DNA of 57,902 nucleotides from Bacillota bacterium (GTDB lineage Bacteria > Bacillota > DTU025 > JANLFS01), in the NCBI GenBank assembly GCA_024655925.1, contig JANLFS010000004.1, forward strand, positions 5,201-63,102, given 5' to 3'. Every line of letters begins with the position of its first letter. Positions within the stretch are counted from its first letter, which is position 1. Of the stretch, positions 55,499 to 57,902 are shown piece by piece. The notes under the pieces were generated by a model. The model was not told where the DNA came from and made no database searches. It saw only the letters and a program-made list of their open reading frames with translations. The translations under genes and the position numbers were made by a program.

Positions 55499-55972
55499 CT
55501 ATACCCGCGGCCGGATTCTTGCGTCCACGAGGTGCTTCTTCCCGTTCTTCACAAACGACCGGAGCCTGCCTCGCCTCTCAAGTTCCCGGAGGCCCTGGAC
55601 TATCTCGGGTTCAGCGTTTCGCCTCACAAACCGGTGCACCACATCTGCCTGAGTCTTCGGGGTCGCACAGAACTCGACCATGGCATCCCATAACCTCTGC
55701 GATCCAGTCGGGAGCCGCCTGCGAGGGTACACAACCGTGTACCCGGGGTTCCCGTCCATATCCTCCCCCGGCACATAGTCTGCGCATCCCGGGTTCGAAT
55801 GGAGCAAGGACCTGATACCTGCCCGGATCTCTCCTCCGGAACCGGACGAGCCGTATCCGTGGATCACCTTGAACCCGGTTCCGCCTCCCGAGGCTGCGAG
55901 TGAGTTGTGGTGCGCGACGAAGGCCTCGAGGGCCTCCGCCATTCTCAGCCCGTGTAGGTCGAGTTCCTCCAT
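55499..55972 (-). CDS. Smr-domain protein
   Basis: LDLHGLRMAEALEAFVAH...VIHGYGSSG is the Smr signature. The C-terminal half looks like a winged helix. Confidence 0.75.
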   Translation of the reverse strand: MEELDLHGLRMAEALEAFVAHHNSLAASGGGTGFKVIHGYGSSGSGGEIRAGIRSLLHSNPGCADYVPGEDMDGNPGYTVVYPRRRLPTGSQRLWDAMVEFCATPKTQADVVHRFVRRNAEPEIVQGLRELERRGRLRSFVKNGKKHLVDARIRPRV

Positions 55973-56008
55973 GAATCCTGGCCTCCCGCGGGGCCTAACT
56001 CTACGTGA

Positions 56009-56428
56009 CTATTCTATCATACCCAGGGACTTCATGGCCGAAGTAACCTGTGCTTGGCTCATGTAGCCCTCCACTCTGTGGACGAGCTTCCCACCCTGGC
56101 TGAAGAACAATAAGGTAGGTATAACCCTGACGTTGTGACCAGTACTTATATTCGGATACTGGTATACATCGACATTGTAGAACCCAACCGTCCCCCTGTA
56201 CGCTTCGGCAAGCGCGTCTATCACCGGGTTCATGGCCCTGCAGGGGGCGCAGGTGTTCGAACCTACCTTGACCACGTAAGGAAGACCGCTCTTCGCCGCG
56301 CGGCTGAGATCCTGCGGTGTGGCTTCCGCCAGGACGGCCTTGGAGTCCCGGCGCGTTCCCACTGCCCAGCCGACTGCCACGACCGCGATCACCGCCACGA
56401 TCAGGGCGAGCCTAGTGCTTCGATTCAA
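56009..56428 (-). CDS. Membrane-anchored thioredoxin-fold protein
   Basis: N-terminal TM LALIVAVIAVVAVGWAV and active site CAPC. TTG start 10 nt after GGAGG. Confidence 0.8.
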   Translation of the reverse strand: MNRSTRLALIVAVIAVVAVGWAVGTRRDSKAVLAEATPQDLSRAAKSGLPYVVKVGSNTCAPCRAMNPVIDALAEAYRGTVGFYNVDVYQYPNISTGHNVRVIPTLLFFSQGGKLVHRVEGYMSQAQVTSAMKSLGMIE

Positions 56429-56446
56429 CCTGCTTTCGCCTCCACA

Positions 56447-56467
56447 CGCGGAACCAGCTGTTCCGCG
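56447..56467. promoter_or_regulatory. Perfect 8-5-8 palindrome CGCGGAAC-cagct-GTTCCGCG immediately upstream of the thioredoxin Shine-Dalgarno (operator or 5'-UTR hairpin)
   Basis: Seen directly in the sequence. It lies 13 nt upstream of the GGAGG of the first gene of the trx-smr-osmC-csoR array. Confidence 0.5.
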
Positions 56468-56657
56468 AAAGCTTCAACCATCATTGCTGCCGTAGTTCGA
56501 TTCGTACGTCATATGTTCATGTTAGCACACCTGCAACCCCCGGCGAAACCTCAGGAATCCATCCTTGACTTGGAGGAATGTGGCGAGCGTCCTCGAAAGA
56601 ACTGCTCTATCCCATTCATGCCTTGATTCCGTCCCGGTTTGGAGGCGACAATCCAAC

Positions 56658-57902
56658 GTGACCTCAAAGAGTCGGAACTGGTACCTGTTCTTGCTGGGGA
56701 GTGCGCTCCTCGGCCTCACTGTCGGGCTGCACGACCCTTCCTTCAACAACTACCTGAGCGAAGTGCATCATGTCTCGCCGACAATCCGCGGGCTCCTGGA
56801 GTTCCCAAGGGAGGGCCCGGGGTGCGTGATCGCCCTTCTGTCCGGAGCACTTGCATTCCTGCCCGATACACGCGTCGCATCACTCGCAGTGGTCGTCTGG
56901 GGTCTCGGCCTGCTTGGAATGGCACTATTCTCTCCGACCCTCGGGGCCATGGTCGTGTGGATGATCGCCGTATCAGTCGGCAGCCACGTTTACCTGCCAC
57001 TCACTCAGTCCCTGGGGGTGGCGGTGTCCGGAAATGAACGGGTGGGTCGGAGGCTCGGGCAGCTTGCAGGGGCAACCACCGCTGCAACCATCCTGGGGGC
57101 CGCGTTCGTCTGGTTCGGCACCAGGTTTCTGGGCGTGGGATACTCCGTGATTTTCACAGCCGCTGCAGGCTTCGCGTTCCTAGGGGCCCTGTGTTTTCTG
57201 CCCATGAGAGTCGCCCCTGCGCCACGTGCAGCCGCCAGTCCGCGCAGAGTGGCTTCCAAGAGGCAGTACCGCCTCTTCTACTTACTGAACATCCTATTCG
57301 GAGCACGCAAACAGGTCTTTCTAACCTTCGGTCCCTGGGTGATCGTTCGCGTGTTCGGACAGCCTGCTTCTACCATTGCTATGCTCTGGATGATCTCCTC
57401 GTTCCTGGGAATCGGGTTCCGCCCCGTTCTCGGACGGCTCGTGGACACACTTGGAGAACGGAAGGTCTTGATGGGTGAGGCCGCGCTCCTCATCCTGATC
57501 TGTCTTGGGTACGCTCTGGGCGCGAACGTAACACTGGCAGGAGTCGTTCTCGGATTGCCGATCATATATGCCTGTTTCGTGTTGGACCACATGCTCGCGG
57601 CAGTGACGATCGCCCGCACGAGCTACCTGTGGAAGATCGCCGAAGACCCAACCGACATGACTCCCGCCCTGTCACTCGGGATATCGTTGGATCATGTCGT
57701 GGCAATGGCGGTTCCAGCCCTGGGCGGGCTGGCATGGACACGCTGGGGCTACGAGTACGTCTTTCTTGCAGCCGCAGTCTTCGCTGGGGTGAACCTCTTC
57801 GCTGCCTCCCGGATACGGGTGCCCCACGACCGGTCAGCTTGCGGGCTTCCCTCCTCGGAAACGGCCAAACTCGCCGAGCCCGCACCCACAGGCGTGGGCT
57901 CG
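56658..57902 (+). CDS. MFS-type transporter; the 3' end lies beyond the window
   Basis: Not in the ORF track because there is no stop inside the window. Frame 56658 is open to the window end and reads VTSKSRNWYLFLLGSALLGLTVG...GRRLGQLAGATTAATILGAAFVWFG...RPVLGRLVDTLGERKVLM..., a multi-TM MFS-like protein. The start codon is uncertain. Confidence 0.65.
   Translation, partial: MTSKSRNWYLFLLGSALLGLTVGLHDPSFNNYLSEVHHVSPTIRGLLEFPREGPGCVIALLSGALAFLPDTRVASLAVVVWGLGLLGMALFSPTLGAMVVWMIAVSVGSHVYLPLTQSLGVAVSGNERVGRRLGQLAGATTAATILGAAFVWFGTRFLGVGYSVIFTAAAGFAFLGALCFLPMRVAPAPRAAASPRRVASKRQYRLFYLLNILFGARKQVFLTFGPWVIVRVFGQPASTIAMLWMISSFLGIGFRPVLGRLVDTLGERKVLMGEAALLILICLGYALGANVTLAGVVLGLPIIYACFVLDHMLAAVTIARTSYLWKIAEDPTDMTPALSLGISLDHVVAMAVPALGGLAWTRWGYEYVFLAAAVFAGVNLFAASRIRVPHDRSACGLPSSETAKLAEPAPTGVGS

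Noticed and set aside
1-57902. Scan for rRNA, tRNA, tmRNA, CRISPR arrays, and recognisable defence or toxin-antitoxin modules
   Set aside because: I could see no cloverleaf-like sequences with GTTCRANYC T-loops in intergenic spaces, no rRNA-like stretches and no repeat-spacer arrays. Intergenic regions are short and are accounted for by promoters, terminators, the T-box and the two IS-related regions. This was an eye scan only; tRNAscan-SE or Infernal should confirm it.

Overview
This is a 57.9-kb, visibly GC-rich, densely coding chromosomal segment. It appears to come from an endospore-forming Bacillota-type bacterium, judging by the spoIIE-tilS-ftsH neighbourhood, a T-box leader and ECF transporters; the taxon is inference. 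I count about 62 protein-coding genes and recognised no rRNA, tRNA or CRISPR array. Contents from left to right:
- The 5' end of a copper ATPase/chaperone gene with a CsoR-type operator.
- A complete-looking IS200/IS605 element (tnpA plus frameshifted tnpB, with matched end hairpins).
- A Pro-rich ferritin-like protein.
- A folP-folB-birA-PAP2 operon.
- A small hairpin-bounded relic of a second IS200/IS605-superfamily (IscB-like) element.
- An ECF S-component gene carrying a NiaR-type operator.
- Histidine-utilisation genes in two blocks (formimidoyltransferase/hutI/cyclodeaminase and niaR-hutH-hutU), separated by a fur-like/cbiMQO metal-uptake operon.
- A liv-type ABC transporter.
- ftsH, a decayed S41 peptidase gene, tilS and spoIIE.
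- lpdA and a T-box-controlled proC.
- The glycine-cleavage operon gcvT-H-PA-PB, extended by a two-module radical-SAM protein and a lipoate/octanoate ligase.
- folD, a trxB-like gene, murD, glycerate kinase, an MFS transporter and cca.
- An ECF sigma/anti-sigma/HtrA module.
- A thioredoxin-Smr-OsmC-CsoR operon.

The most interesting object is the fused double radical-SAM gene (38332..40248) between gcvPB and the lplA-like gene. I interpret it as a candidate single-chain LipS1/LipS2-type (non-LipA) lipoyl synthase. All functional calls come from motif recognition by eye; no database search or folding program was run.
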